A stretch of DNA of 64,000 bases from a virus. Taxonomy: Duplodnaviria; Caudoviricetes. Below the pieces are notes generated by a model. The model did no database searches, was not told where the DNA came from, and saw only the letters and a program-made list of their open reading frames with translations. The stretch's first letter is position 1. Each line of letters starts with the position of its first letter. Below are positions 26,456-36,485 of this stretch, piece after piece. The position numbers were made by a program, and so were the translations under genes. Location: positions 11,747 through 75,746 of IMG/VR virus record IMGVR_UViG_3300020044_010179. One strand, written 5' to 3'.

Positions 26456-26908
26456 ATGGAACGTTTAACTGAAGAAGAAGCTAAAGAATTTATTCCTTGT
26501 TCGGAAGATTACTCAAATAACCCCCCTGCATATTTTACTATTAAAACATCAAGTGATGGTTGGGACGAATTAACGTATTACACGTGTAAAAAACGAGGTC
26601 TATTCGTTGGACGCGAGGGTGATGAATGGGTTTATATCTTATCTAATCCCGCAATTCCTAATATGGTTAAAATAGGTTATACCTCAAAATCCCCACTTGA
26701 GAGAGCACATCAAATTTCACGTGGGACGGGTGTGCCCTTGGGGTTTGAAGTTGAGTGGGCTTATAAGTGTTATAAAGGAGAGCGCATAGAAAAAGAAGTT
26801 CACAAGTATTTTAAAAAGCAAATGGTTAACACCCAAAAAGAATTTTTTCGAGTTACCCTAGAGGAAGCTAAAAATATTATTGAAAAAATAGGAAAAAAAT
26901 ACATTTAA
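26456..26908 (+). CDS. T5orf172/MUG113-type GIY-YIG domain protein
   Basis: WVYILSNPAIPNMVKIGYT...ER...TGVP...E...H...KEFF. Confidence 0.8.
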   Translation: MERLTEEEAKEFIPCSEDYSNNPPAYFTIKTSSDGWDELTYYTCKKRGLFVGREGDEWVYILSNPAIPNMVKIGYTSKSPLERAHQISRGTGVPLGFEVEWAYKCYKGERIEKEVHKYFKKQMVNTQKEFFRVTLEEAKNIIEKIGKKYI

Positions 26909-26976
26909 TATTTATTTATGATTAATCAACATATTAACACGTGGATTTAATTTTAAAATAATATATACATATAAGT

Positions 26977-27417
26977 ATGTCAATTAATGGAATATTTGCT
27001 ATGTTTGGGTTTCCTGATGATGGAACAGATAAAGAAACTGGAAAGATTTTAGATGATATAAGTGAATATAAGGATTCTCCTCATTTTAAACTTGGTATGT
27101 TTAAAAAATTAATCATGAATGGTACTGTATTTAAAAAGCAGGTTTTGAAATTCTTTTCTAAATCTGATCCTGAATTAGATATGAAAGGGGTTGATGACGC
27201 TGGAGAATATATGATGTATACAAGAGCATATTATTGGATTCAAAGTTGTAAAGTTAAAAATAAAGAATGGAAACTTGCTTTAAGTAATTATGCAAATGAT
27301 GAGTTTCTTGTTGCGGTAAAATTGTCTATTAATTACTTTGAAAGTACCGAAGAGTATGAAAAATGTGCTTTTCTTAAAAAAATACAAGATTTTATTGAAA
27401 AATGCTTGGCTAAGTAA
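26977..27417 (+). CDS. Hypothetical protein with C-terminal UVR-like motif
   Basis: YFESTEEYEKCAFLKKI. Confidence 0.55.
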   Translation: MSINGIFAMFGFPDDGTDKETGKILDDISEYKDSPHFKLGMFKKLIMNGTVFKKQVLKFFSKSDPELDMKGVDDAGEYMMYTRAYYWIQSCKVKNKEWKLALSNYANDEFLVAVKLSINYFESTEEYEKCAFLKKIQDFIEKCLAK

Positions 27418-27506
27418 AAGAAAGTTATTACCTTTAATCATATTTTGATTTTAAAATGGTTGAAATATATAGATAAAAATTAAATAATCAAATCAAATAA
27501 AATAAA

Positions 27507-27674
27507 ATGAAAAATAAAGAATTATTATTGAGACGGATGGAGTCTATTGAAAACCGATTAAAAGTTTTAAGAAATGCTTTGAACGAAAGAGATCTTGAAA
27601 AAGCAAAATTAGTATTACAAGAAGTATTAGAATTGAGAGAAGACGCTCAATCAATTGTTGAAAGAGAAAATTAA
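27507..27674 (+). CDS. Small coiled-coil protein (55 aa, not in ORF track)
   Basis: MKNKELLLRRMESIENRLKVL...; host-type promoter TTGG-N19-TACCTTT at 27406-27435. Confidence 0.5.
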   Translation: MKNKELLLRRMESIENRLKVLRNALNERDLEKAKLVLQEVLELREDAQSIVEREN

Positions 27675-27691
27675 TAAATTAAATAAAAGTT

Positions 27692-28486
27692 ATGAATCTA
27701 ACCCCAGAACAAATCCAAGAAAATTGGAGTGAATTAATGGATTATATTGAAAAATATATTTCCGAACCACGTAAAGAAAATATTCTATCATTTTATGATC
27801 AATATTCAGAACGTTTGATGTTAATGCCTGCTGCGCATAAAAAAGAATACCATAACGCTTTCCCCGGAGGATATGTAGAACATGTTTTACGCGTTATTCG
27901 ATGTGCTATTAAACAGGCTACATTATGGGAAGAAGAAGGATGTGACATGTCTACTTTTACAACTGAAGAATTAGTATTTTCAGCACTGAATCATGATTTA
28001 GGTAAAATGGGGAGTGAAGATGAAGATTCTTATATACCCCAGACAGATAATTGGAGACGTGAAAAATTAGGAGAGGATTATATGTTCAATACTAAAGTTC
28101 CATTTGCTTCAGTTCCAGATAGAGGTTTATTTCTACTTCAATCACATGGTATATCTTATACATTTAACGAGATGATTGCTATCCAAACTCACGATGGTTT
28201 ATATGATAAAGCAAATGAGAAATATTTAATGCCTTATATGCCAGAACAAAAACCAAGAACTTCATTACCTTTTATCCTACATCAGGCCGATTTAATGGCA
28301 GCACGTATCGAATTTGAACGTGAGTGGTTACCTAAATTAAAAGAAGGTAAAAAGTCCGGGGATAAGCAAAATACTAATTTTACATTGGGGAATAAACCAA
28401 ACATGTCTAAAAAATTATCAACCAAAACCAAAGCTTTAGGTTCATTTAAAAGTGAAGGTTTAAAAAATATATTTAACAGCTTATGA
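27692..28486 (+). CDS. HD-domain phosphohydrolase
   Basis: YVEHVLRV, ALNHDLGK, HDG and LHQAD motifs. Confidence 0.85.
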   Translation: MNLTPEQIQENWSELMDYIEKYISEPRKENILSFYDQYSERLMLMPAAHKKEYHNAFPGGYVEHVLRVIRCAIKQATLWEEEGCDMSTFTTEELVFSALNHDLGKMGSEDEDSYIPQTDNWRREKLGEDYMFNTKVPFASVPDRGLFLLQSHGISYTFNEMIAIQTHDGLYDKANEKYLMPYMPEQKPRTSLPFILHQADLMAARIEFEREWLPKLKEGKKSGDKQNTNFTLGNKPNMSKKLSTKTKALGSFKSEGLKNIFNSL

Positions 28487-28761
28487 TAGTTATATTATGC
28501 ATTTTAGCAACATTAGTAGTAATTCTAGGATTTACTACTTTTAATTTACTTAAAAAAAATGAAAAGCAAGAAGACATACTTGCGGGTTATCTAACGTATT
28601 TAGATAATTTATCTCGAACCATTGAAATCTCTGGTAAGAAATTAAAAGAGTTAGACCGTGGTGGAGTTTTTGAAAAAGACGATGAAGTTGGGGTTATATT
28701 TCAATCAATACTTAAAGTACAAGAAATCCTCAATGAATTTAATCTTAGAAAAACAAACTAA
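28483..28761 (+). CDS. Membrane-anchored coiled-coil protein
   Basis: N-terminal TM helix. Confidence 0.6.
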   Translation: MIVILCILATLVVILGFTTFNLLKKNEKQEDILAGYLTYLDNLSRTIEISGKKLKELDRGGVFEKDDEVGVIFQSILKVQEILNEFNLRKTN

Positions 28762-28762
28762 A

Positions 28763-29470
28763 GTGTCTCCAAAAAAGAAAGTAAGCAAAAATTACTTTAC
28801 ACAAGAGACAGAAGACGCTATTGTATTATACAATAATACCTCTGATTCAGTAATCCGGAGTAGTATATATGAAGAAAAAATACACTATGCGTTTTTTAAA
28901 CTTACTCAAAATATTATTCATACATTTAAATTCTATCATACTGAGGTAGATAATCTAGAACATTTACAACATGAAATCATTGTATTCTTACTTTCAAAAA
29001 TTCATTTGTTTGATCCAAGAAAAGGGGCTAAAGCATATTCTTACTTTGGCACTATTGTTAAACGTTGGTGTATTTTATACAACGATAAAAACTACAAAAG
29101 TAAAGTTAAAAAGGTTTCTACGGATGAATTAGAAAAAGACGATACCCATTCATATACATTAGATCAATCATCTTCAAATGATCGTTTATCTAATTTTATG
29201 GATGAATACGTTGAATTCATTAGTTTAAACATATATAAAACCTTCCCTAAACCTTATGATGCTAAGATTGCAGATGCAATTTTAGAGCTGTTTCGTAAAC
29301 GAGAGGGAATTGACATCTTTAATAAAAAAGCACTTTACATCTATATACATGAGATGGTCCCAGATGCTAAAACTCCTAAAATTACTAAAATAGCAACATC
29401 TTTATACGGAATATTTAAGAAAAATTATTTGTTTTATTTAGAACAAGGATATACAAATTTTAAACTTTAG
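28763..29470 (+). CDS. T4 gp55-like late sigma factor
   Basis: NYFTQE N-terminus and FDPRKGAKAYSYFGTI region-2 motif. GTG 28763, right after the upstream stop, is the likely start (track start 28658 is in frame). Confidence 0.65.
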   Translation: MSPKKKVSKNYFTQETEDAIVLYNNTSDSVIRSSIYEEKIHYAFFKLTQNIIHTFKFYHTEVDNLEHLQHEIIVFLLSKIHLFDPRKGAKAYSYFGTIVKRWCILYNDKNYKSKVKKVSTDELEKDDTHSYTLDQSSSNDRLSNFMDEYVEFISLNIYKTFPKPYDAKIADAILELFRKREGIDIFNKKALYIYIHEMVPDAKTPKITKIATSLYGIFKKNYLFYLEQGYTNFKL

Positions 29471-29479
29471 TATTTTTCC

Positions 29480-29488
29480 ATATTTATA
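29480..29488 (+). promoter_or_regulatory. Late promoter motif ATATTTATA
   Basis: Directly upstream of the baseplate operon. Confidence 0.6.
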
Positions 29489-29503
29489 CCCAAAAATATT
29501 CAT

Positions 29504-29842
29504 ATGAATAATTTAGAATCTAACATTTGGGGTAAGAAAAAATTTTCTGATCTCTTAAAAGAAATTTACGATAACCAAAAGAAAAAAGAAGCTCAAATTT
29601 CTGCACTTATTGGTGAATTAAAACCATTAATTAACGATATTGGTGATGCTACCTTAATTGTTCCATTAATTAAAGAATATATGGAATTAGGTATTAAAAA
29701 TGATGAGCAACTAATTAAAATGGTTAACATAGCTCAACGTGCCCTATCTTCCGGAAAATCAGAGGAGGAATCTTTTGGTATGACTGATGATGAAAAAGCA
29801 CAATTATTATCTGAAGTTAAAAAATTTAATCCTAAGGACTAA
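29504..29842 (+). CDS. Hypothetical late protein
   Basis: 112 aa helical ORF at the head of a structural operon. Confidence 0.6.
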   Translation: MNNLESNIWGKKKFSDLLKEIYDNQKKKEAQISALIGELKPLINDIGDATLIVPLIKEYMELGIKNDEQLIKMVNIAQRALSSGKSEEESFGMTDDEKAQLLSEVKKFNPKD

Positions 29843-31113
29843 TGGGGATGAAATTTGGTTTAGTAGGTTCAACTAGCGGAGCTGGTTCTTCTAAACAAAA
29901 CAATAATCTTGAAAATAAAATTTCAAATGCTCAAGGAAAAGTAGTTGCGGCTAGGGTAATAGATATTGTTTTAGATGAAAACCATAAATACTATGAACTT
30001 GTAGGCCAATGGAATGGAATAGGAGCTATATTTTATGAAATTGTAAATAAATCTGGTACTAAATCATACCCAAATTTTGCATTACCTTATGATTCCCAAT
30101 TAAAAACTTATCCATTAATAAATGAAATAGTTTTATTAATTTCTTTACCAAACCAATCTATGGGATTGGTATCATCAAATGAATCATATTTTTATATGAG
30201 TCCATTAGGTATTTGGAATCACCCCCACCACGATGCATATCCAAATGTATTAGATGGAATAAACGATCAAGAACAAACACGAGACTACCCAACTACTACC
30301 TCAGGAAGTGTTAGAAGAGTTACAGATGGTAGTACAGAAATAGATTTAAATAGTTCCAATCCATCACAAAACACTTTTGTTGAAAAAGTAAACATCCATC
30401 CATTACTGCCTTTTATGGGAGATTCTTTATTAGAAGGAAGACATGGCCAGAGCTTACGTTTTGGAAGTACAGCTAAGTCTAAAAGCGAAAAGAAAAATAA
30501 TTGGTCTGACTCCGGTACAAACGGGGATCCTATTACTATTTTAAAAAATGGACAACCTTCTAAAGTAAGTGATGAGGGTTGGATTCCTATAACAGAAAAT
30601 ATAAATGATGATTTATCATCTATTTATTTAACTTCTACCCAAAAACTCCCTTATAACTTATCTATTGAAAAACCAGAAAAATGGATTAAATCCCCAACTT
30701 TTCCCGGACAATATATCCTTCCTCAAATTTTATTAAATTCTAATCAAATATCAATAAATTCTAAAGAGGATAGTATATTATTAAGTTCTAAAAAATCAAT
30801 AGGTTTAACTTGTGAGGATGAAATAAACTTAACAGGAAATAATACAATATTAGATACTACTAATTTATATTTAGGATCTAAAAGAGCTACTGAATCTGTA
30901 TTATTAGGAGATAAAACAATAAATACTTTAAAACAAATCACATCACTTTTAAAAAGTATTACTAATGTTTTACAACTAGATCAAATGTATCCTGCTGGTA
31001 TTCCTGTCCCTAATGGCCCCTTAAATGTAGTATCTTTAACTGCTACCCAAACATTAGCTACAATTGAAGCTAGTCTAGATAGTTTAGCATCTAAAAAAGT
31101 AAAAGTAGAATGA
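29842..31113 (+). CDS. Baseplate hub/central spike (gp5/VgrG-like)
   Basis: OB-like N-terminal region, GDSLLEGRHGQSLRFGS motif, beta-repeat C-terminus (INISK...ESVLLGD); position before gp25. Confidence 0.6.
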   Translation: MGMKFGLVGSTSGAGSSKQNNNLENKISNAQGKVVAARVIDIVLDENHKYYELVGQWNGIGAIFYEIVNKSGTKSYPNFALPYDSQLKTYPLINEIVLLISLPNQSMGLVSSNESYFYMSPLGIWNHPHHDAYPNVLDGINDQEQTRDYPTTTSGSVRRVTDGSTEIDLNSSNPSQNTFVEKVNIHPLLPFMGDSLLEGRHGQSLRFGSTAKSKSEKKNNWSDSGTNGDPITILKNGQPSKVSDEGWIPITENINDDLSSIYLTSTQKLPYNLSIEKPEKWIKSPTFPGQYILPQILLNSNQISINSKEDSILLSSKKSIGLTCEDEINLTGNNTILDTTNLYLGSKRATESVLLGDKTINTLKQITSLLKSITNVLQLDQMYPAGIPVPNGPLNVVSLTATQTLATIEASLDSLASKKVKVE

Positions 31114-32369
31114 CACCAGAAAATTCTTCAGATAATATTAATTTAACACCTATATCTTCCCCTACTGAAATAGACTATTCAATAGAAGGAACAGTTGTTG
31201 ATTCAACAAATCCCAACAAAACAATCCCAGGAGCAAAAATATCTACTAACGATCAAAACCAAACCACTTCAAAAATTAATGGGCAATTTATCCTTAAAGG
31301 AAAAACAACCTCAGATAAAAAAATAAGTATTTCTGTTAGTTTAAAAGGATATACCCCTCAAAATTTTACTCCATATTTTGGAGACGGTACTATTAAATCT
31401 AATTTAGGAGTAATCCAACTTCAATTAATTCAAAAAAGTTTAGATCAAGATAAAATAGATTCTAGTTTATTAACAGATAGTCAAATTAACAGTTTGACTA
31501 AATCTATAAAATCACCATCATCTTTTTTTCAAAAAAAATTAACAACTTCTATAATTAATGTTAAAAGTCGTTTAATCCCTTTAATATTAACTTTAATTGC
31601 GGGATTTGGAGTTACTCAAGTTAATAAATTAATAGCTAAAGGGACAACTAAAATTTCTGATATACAAAATCAAATTACATGTCCTACTCAAGCAGAATTA
31701 GCTAGAATTATTTCCCGTAAAAATAGATTAGTAAAACAATTAAATAGACTTCTTAAAGTAATCCAATCTACTGAAAAATTTATTAATTCAATTAAAAAAT
31801 TTATTGATATTGTATCAAAAACTATTTTAGGTTTAGATATAGCTTCATTAGCCTTACCTTCTTCAATCCCCCCAGGTATTGGTATCCCGGTTGGTATTAT
31901 TAATAAACCAGGAGATGTAATCAATTTATTAAAAAATCAAATAAAAGGTGAACAAGGAAAAATAGATAATTTAGTTTCCCCCTTAACTTTACTTAAATCA
32001 GTATTATCTCAAGCACTTCAATATTTAAAACTTTTAGATGATTTAGTACAACACTGTTATCAAGAAAATAATAATCAAGATAATAATCAAGATAATAATC
32101 AAGAACAAATTTCTGCAGAATTAACAGCAATTACCACAGACGAATCAAATCAAGAATCCCCCGTAGTTACAGATGTAAATGGATTTACAATGGGTGTTGA
32201 AACTGAATCACAAATATCAACATTATCTGTAAAACGTAGAAGAGCTATAGCTACAAATAAACAAGGTGTAGTAATGTTAACAGGAGAATGGTCATTTAGT
32301 TCAATTGATCAAATACTAATAGATGAACTTGTATTTTATATTCAAACAAATGATTTAAGAGCAGATTAA
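31110..32369 (+). CDS. Structural-operon protein with carboxypeptidase-regulatory-like beta-sandwich and coiled coil
   Basis: IEGTVVDS...IPGAKI...TSKINGQFIL...ISVSLKGY...LGVIQL pattern. Confidence 0.55.
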   Translation: MTPENSSDNINLTPISSPTEIDYSIEGTVVDSTNPNKTIPGAKISTNDQNQTTSKINGQFILKGKTTSDKKISISVSLKGYTPQNFTPYFGDGTIKSNLGVIQLQLIQKSLDQDKIDSSLLTDSQINSLTKSIKSPSSFFQKKLTTSIINVKSRLIPLILTLIAGFGVTQVNKLIAKGTTKISDIQNQITCPTQAELARIISRKNRLVKQLNRLLKVIQSTEKFINSIKKFIDIVSKTILGLDIASLALPSSIPPGIGIPVGIINKPGDVINLLKNQIKGEQGKIDNLVSPLTLLKSVLSQALQYLKLLDDLVQHCYQENNNQDNNQDNNQEQISAELTAITTDESNQESPVVTDVNGFTMGVETESQISTLSVKRRRAIATNKQGVVMLTGEWSFSSIDQILIDELVFYIQTNDLRAD

Positions 32370-32373
32370 CCCT

Positions 32374-32383
32374 ATATTTATAA
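32374..32383 (+). promoter_or_regulatory. Late promoter motif ATATTTATAA
   Basis: Upstream of ORF 32388. Confidence 0.6.
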
Positions 32384-32387
32384 ACAT

Positions 32388-32732
32388 ATGAAAAGTACAG
32401 ATTTTAAAAAATTAATTAAAGAAGCCGTAAAGGAAGCAATTCAAGAAGAATTAAAGGATATTTTATTGGAAGCAGTAAAATCCCCTAAACAAATATTAAG
32501 AGAATCATATTCACCAACATCCCCCTCTCAACCTGCAGTTAATCCATCTTATGCACCACCCCCAATAGATTTTAGGTCAAAATATGCTGAGGTATTAGGA
32601 GAAACAGCTTTAAGTTTTACCTCCCAAAACGCTCAATCTTTTACCCCACAAATGGGTGATCCAGTAAACGGAAGTTTAGGAGCTGGAGAATTAGGTATGG
32701 ATCAAATAATGGGTCTTTTAAATAGTAAATAA
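32388..32732 (+). CDS. Hypothetical late protein with LxE-type N-terminus
   Basis: MKSTDFKKLIKEAVKEAIQEE. Confidence 0.6.
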   Translation: MKSTDFKKLIKEAVKEAIQEELKDILLEAVKSPKQILRESYSPTSPSQPAVNPSYAPPPIDFRSKYAEVLGETALSFTSQNAQSFTPQMGDPVNGSLGAGELGMDQIMGLLNSK

Positions 32733-33136
32733 TGGCATTTAATCCACAATTAATAAATCCAATTGATTTAAATCCAAATCTTGCAGTTGGAGTAAATATT
32801 CCATTTAGTGGACCTTCTGTTTTTACCCCAAATTATTTAACTTCTCAAGCTATAAAAAACAATTTAATCAACTATTTTTTAACTAATCCTGGAGAAAGAC
32901 CATTAAATCCTACTTTTGGAGGAGGTTTAAGAGCCTTTATTTTCCAACAAATTTCAGAAAATTCGCTAGATGGATTAAAAGAAAATGTAAGTTTAAAATT
33001 AGAAACATATTTCCCAAATGTTATAATTAACTCATTAGATGTACTTAAAAGAGATGATGAAAATTCAGTAGTAGTTCAATTGAAATATTCTATTGCTAAT
33101 TCTAATATCAATGATAACTTAACTTTTCAATTTTAA
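32732..33136 (+). CDS. Baseplate wedge protein, gp25-like
   Basis: IKNNLINYFLTNPGERPLNPTFGGGLR motif. Confidence 0.88.
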   Translation: MAFNPQLINPIDLNPNLAVGVNIPFSGPSVFTPNYLTSQAIKNNLINYFLTNPGERPLNPTFGGGLRAFIFQQISENSLDGLKENVSLKLETYFPNVIINSLDVLKRDDENSVVVQLKYSIANSNINDNLTFQF

Positions 33137-33139
33137 AAA

Positions 33140-34987
33140 ATGGCTAAAACTAATAAAGATATAAAATATATTAATCGGGATTTTGAATCCTTTAGATCAA
33201 GATTAATAGAATTTTCTCAAACATATTTCCCCTCAACATATAATGACTTTTCATCAACCTCACCAGGTATGATGTTTATGGAACAATCTTCTTATGTGGG
33301 AGATGTTTTAAGTTTCTATTTAGATAACCAATTTCAAGAAACATTTATTCAATATGCTCAACAAACAAATAATGTATTTGAATTAGCATATATGTTTGGT
33401 TATAGACCAAAAACTACAGGGGTTGCCCAAACAAATGTTGACTTTTATCAACAATTACCTTCAATTAATGATGGCACTGGTAATTATGTTCCTGACTATA
33501 GTTATGCTATTACAATTAATGAAAATACTACTATTACTTCCCAAAACGGTTCTTCATTTATCACCCAGGATAAAATTGATTTTTCTGTTTCAAGTTCATT
33601 AGATCCAACAGAAGTTTCCGTATATCAAATATCTGGAAATATACCACAATATTTTCTTTTAAAAAAGAGCAGAAATGCTATTTCATCTACTATTAACACA
33701 ACCAGTTTTAGTTTTGGAGCACCTCAACAATTTGCAACAATAAACATACAAGCTAACAATATTGTAAAAATATTAGACATTACTGATTCTGATGGTAATA
33801 TATGGTATGAAGTAGATCATTTAGGACAAGAAATGGTATTTGATTCAATAAAAAATACTAACATTAATGATCCAAATAAAATAGATAATACTCCATTTTT
33901 ATTAAAATTAAAAAAAGTTGCAAGAAGATTTGCTACTAGATTTACATCTTTATCAAATTTACAAATCCAATTTGGAGCGGGTTCACCAAGTGATACAACT
34001 GAAGAAATTACTCCAAACCCCAATAATGTAGGTATTGGTTTACCCTTTAAAAAAGATAAATTAACTACAGCATTTTCTCCACTTAACTTTTTATATACTG
34101 GAACATATGGAATTTCACCGGCTAACACAACATTAACAGTTAGATATCTAACGGGTGGTGGAGTAAATTCAAACATTACTGCAAATTCTTTAACTAATTT
34201 AAATACAGGTAATACTAGATTTAACAACTCTAATTTAAATGCAACAACCGCAAATTATATATTTGCATCACTTTCAACATCAAACCCAATAGCTGCAACT
34301 GGTGGAAGAGGAGGAGATACATTAGAGGAAATACGCCAAAATACACTAGCACTAGTTGCTTCCCAAAAACGCTCAGTTACCGCAGATGATTATTTAGTTA
34401 GAGCTTTAAGTATGCCCTCTGAATATGGAGCGGTTTCAAAAGCATATATTGAACAACCTAAATTAACAGATAATCAAGTATCAACAATTGAAACTTTAAG
34501 TTTATATGTTTTATCTTTAAATTCTTCTGGGCAATTAGATTATGCTAATACAACTTTAAAAAATAATTTAAGAACCTATTTATCTCAATATAGAATGATT
34601 GGGGATAATATAGAAATTAGAGATGCATATATTATCAATATTGGAGTAAATTTTGAAATTGTAGTATTACCTGAATATAATAATAATGAAGTTTTATTGT
34701 CTTGCATATCATCAATACAATCATATTTTTTACTTGATAAATGGCAATTAAATCAACCAATTATGATACGAGATTTATATATTTTGCTTGATAAAATTAA
34801 AGGCGTCCAAACAATAAAAACTATATCTGTTGTAAATAAAGCAGGAACTTCAACGGGATATTCACAATATGCTTACGATATAGAGGGAGCTACACAAAAC
34901 CAAGTAATTTATCCTTCATTAGACCCTAGCATATTTGAATTAAAATACCCTAACCAAGATATAAAAGGTAAAGTAGTTCCTTTATAA
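33140..34987 (+). CDS. Baseplate wedge subunit, gp6/baseplate J-like
   Basis: DFESFRSRL, SYVGDVLSFYLD, VRYLTGGG, GGRGGDTLEEIR, QKRSVTADDY. Confidence 0.88.
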   Translation: MAKTNKDIKYINRDFESFRSRLIEFSQTYFPSTYNDFSSTSPGMMFMEQSSYVGDVLSFYLDNQFQETFIQYAQQTNNVFELAYMFGYRPKTTGVAQTNVDFYQQLPSINDGTGNYVPDYSYAITINENTTITSQNGSSFITQDKIDFSVSSSLDPTEVSVYQISGNIPQYFLLKKSRNAISSTINTTSFSFGAPQQFATINIQANNIVKILDITDSDGNIWYEVDHLGQEMVFDSIKNTNINDPNKIDNTPFLLKLKKVARRFATRFTSLSNLQIQFGAGSPSDTTEEITPNPNNVGIGLPFKKDKLTTAFSPLNFLYTGTYGISPANTTLTVRYLTGGGVNSNITANSLTNLNTGNTRFNNSNLNATTANYIFASLSTSNPIAATGGRGGDTLEEIRQNTLALVASQKRSVTADDYLVRALSMPSEYGAVSKAYIEQPKLTDNQVSTIETLSLYVLSLNSSGQLDYANTTLKNNLRTYLSQYRMIGDNIEIRDAYIINIGVNFEIVVLPEYNNNEVLLSCISSIQSYFLLDKWQLNQPIMIRDLYILLDKIKGVQTIKTISVVNKAGTSTGYSQYAYDIEGATQNQVIYPSLDPSIFELKYPNQDIKGKVVPL

Positions 34988-34991
34988 TGCT

Positions 34992-35001
34992 ATATTTATA
35001 A
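34992..35001 (+). promoter_or_regulatory. Late promoter motif ATATTTATAA
   Basis: Upstream of ORF 35014. Confidence 0.6.
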
Positions 35002-35013
35002 TAAAATATATTA

Positions 35014-36126
35014 ATGGCTGTATATAAAATCTTCCCTACCCAAGACGCTACCTTATATTCTGTATACCCTACTATGAATACAGGGTTAGATGCTATCTTA
35101 GAAGCCTCTAACAAATTAGATATTAGTGGAAACCCAGATGTAGCTAGATATTTAGTAAAATTTGATACAGCTGAAATCATAGATATTATTAGTAATAAAA
35201 TATCTGGAAACACATATGATGTATATTTTAAAAATTTTATAGCAGAAGCTCAAGGAATTAATTTAGATACTTCTTTAGAAATATTACCTGTTGCTCAAAA
35301 TTGGAATAACGGAACAGGATATACTTTAGATTCTCCAATCGTTGAAGATGGCTCATCATGGTCATACTCTAATTATAGTGGATCTAATCCTTGGAGTATG
35401 TCAGGTATTGGATTTACAGGTTCATATAATTCAACGTATTCTCCCCAAGGTGGTGGTAATTGGTTTACAGGATCTAATTTTATTGCATCTCAATCTTTTG
35501 AATTACGTAGTGAAAAAGATATTGAAGTAAGTGTAAAAAATACAGTTACTGCTTGGTCAAGTTCACTAATCCCTAATTATGGATTTATAGTAAAATTAAC
35601 TGGATCACAAGAATTTAATTCAAGTCAATATATTCAACCTCAATTTAAATACTATAGTGTTGATACAAATACAATTTACCCCCCATGCTTAGAATTTAGA
35701 TGGAGAGATTATCAATCTGTATTAACAGGATCAGCTACTAGTAGTATAGTAACCACTTCAGACATTAAAATGTCTCTTTCTCAAAATTCTGGTATATTTT
35801 ATCCAACAAGTATAAATAAATTTAACCTAAATGTAAGTCCTTTATACCCAAATCGTACATATCAAACGTCTTCATTATTTACTAATTTAAATTATTTACC
35901 TACTTCTTCATATTATGCCATAAAAGACTTGGCTACCAATGAATTTGTTGTTAACTTCGATAATCAATATACCCAAATTAGTTCCAATTCAACAGGAAAC
36001 TATTTTAGTGTTTATATGAGTGGCCTTGAACCAGAAAGATATTATAAAATTTTAATTAAAACTATAATTAATGGTTCAACATTAATATTTGATGATAATT
36101 ATTATTTTAAAGTTATAAACGGATGA
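35014..36126 (+). CDS. Virion structural protein (DNRLRE/disaggregatase-like beta-sandwich)
   Basis: IFPTQDATLYS...NTG, W...GGNW, NYGFIVK, TIYPPCLE pattern; baseplate context. Confidence 0.55.
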   Translation: MAVYKIFPTQDATLYSVYPTMNTGLDAILEASNKLDISGNPDVARYLVKFDTAEIIDIISNKISGNTYDVYFKNFIAEAQGINLDTSLEILPVAQNWNNGTGYTLDSPIVEDGSSWSYSNYSGSNPWSMSGIGFTGSYNSTYSPQGGGNWFTGSNFIASQSFELRSEKDIEVSVKNTVTAWSSSLIPNYGFIVKLTGSQEFNSSQYIQPQFKYYSVDTNTIYPPCLEFRWRDYQSVLTGSATSSIVTTSDIKMSLSQNSGIFYPTSINKFNLNVSPLYPNRTYQTSSLFTNLNYLPTSSYYAIKDLATNEFVVNFDNQYTQISSNSTGNYFSVYMSGLEPERYYKILIKTIINGSTLIFDDNYYFKVING

Positions 36127-36485
36127 GTGAAAATATAAAATTTAATAAACAAGTATATGATAAAGGACAGTACACTAAAGTAATAAATACATCCTTCACT
36201 CAATTAGGAGTTCAACCAATCCAAGAAACAATTAACAATCAACCTACTACAGATCAATTTTTTAGTATGTATAATGATTTATTTTATGATATTCCTGAAT
36301 TAGGTGAAATTAATTCACATGAATATTTAATTACAAAAAGCAGTGAATATATTAATTTTGATGCTAATCAAGAAGAAATAGAAGCTTTACAAGAAGAAAT
36401 TGCTCAATTAAGAGAAGAATTACTTGATGCTCAAAAACAAAATATAGAATTACAAACAGGAACAACCATATCTACCCCACAATAA
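36123..36485 (+). CDS. Structural-operon coiled-coil protein
   Basis: 120 aa, overlaps both neighbours. Confidence 0.6.
   Translation: MSENIKFNKQVYDKGQYTKVINTSFTQLGVQPIQETINNQPTTDQFFSMYNDLFYDIPELGEINSHEYLITKSSEYINFDANQEEIEALQEEIAQLREELLDAQKQNIELQTGTTISTPQ

Noticed and set aside
32079-32106. NNQD x3 microsatellite (AATAATCAAGAT), and the ETPPA and KSEPK peptide repeats elsewhere
   Set aside because: Ordinary slippage repeats in disordered linkers
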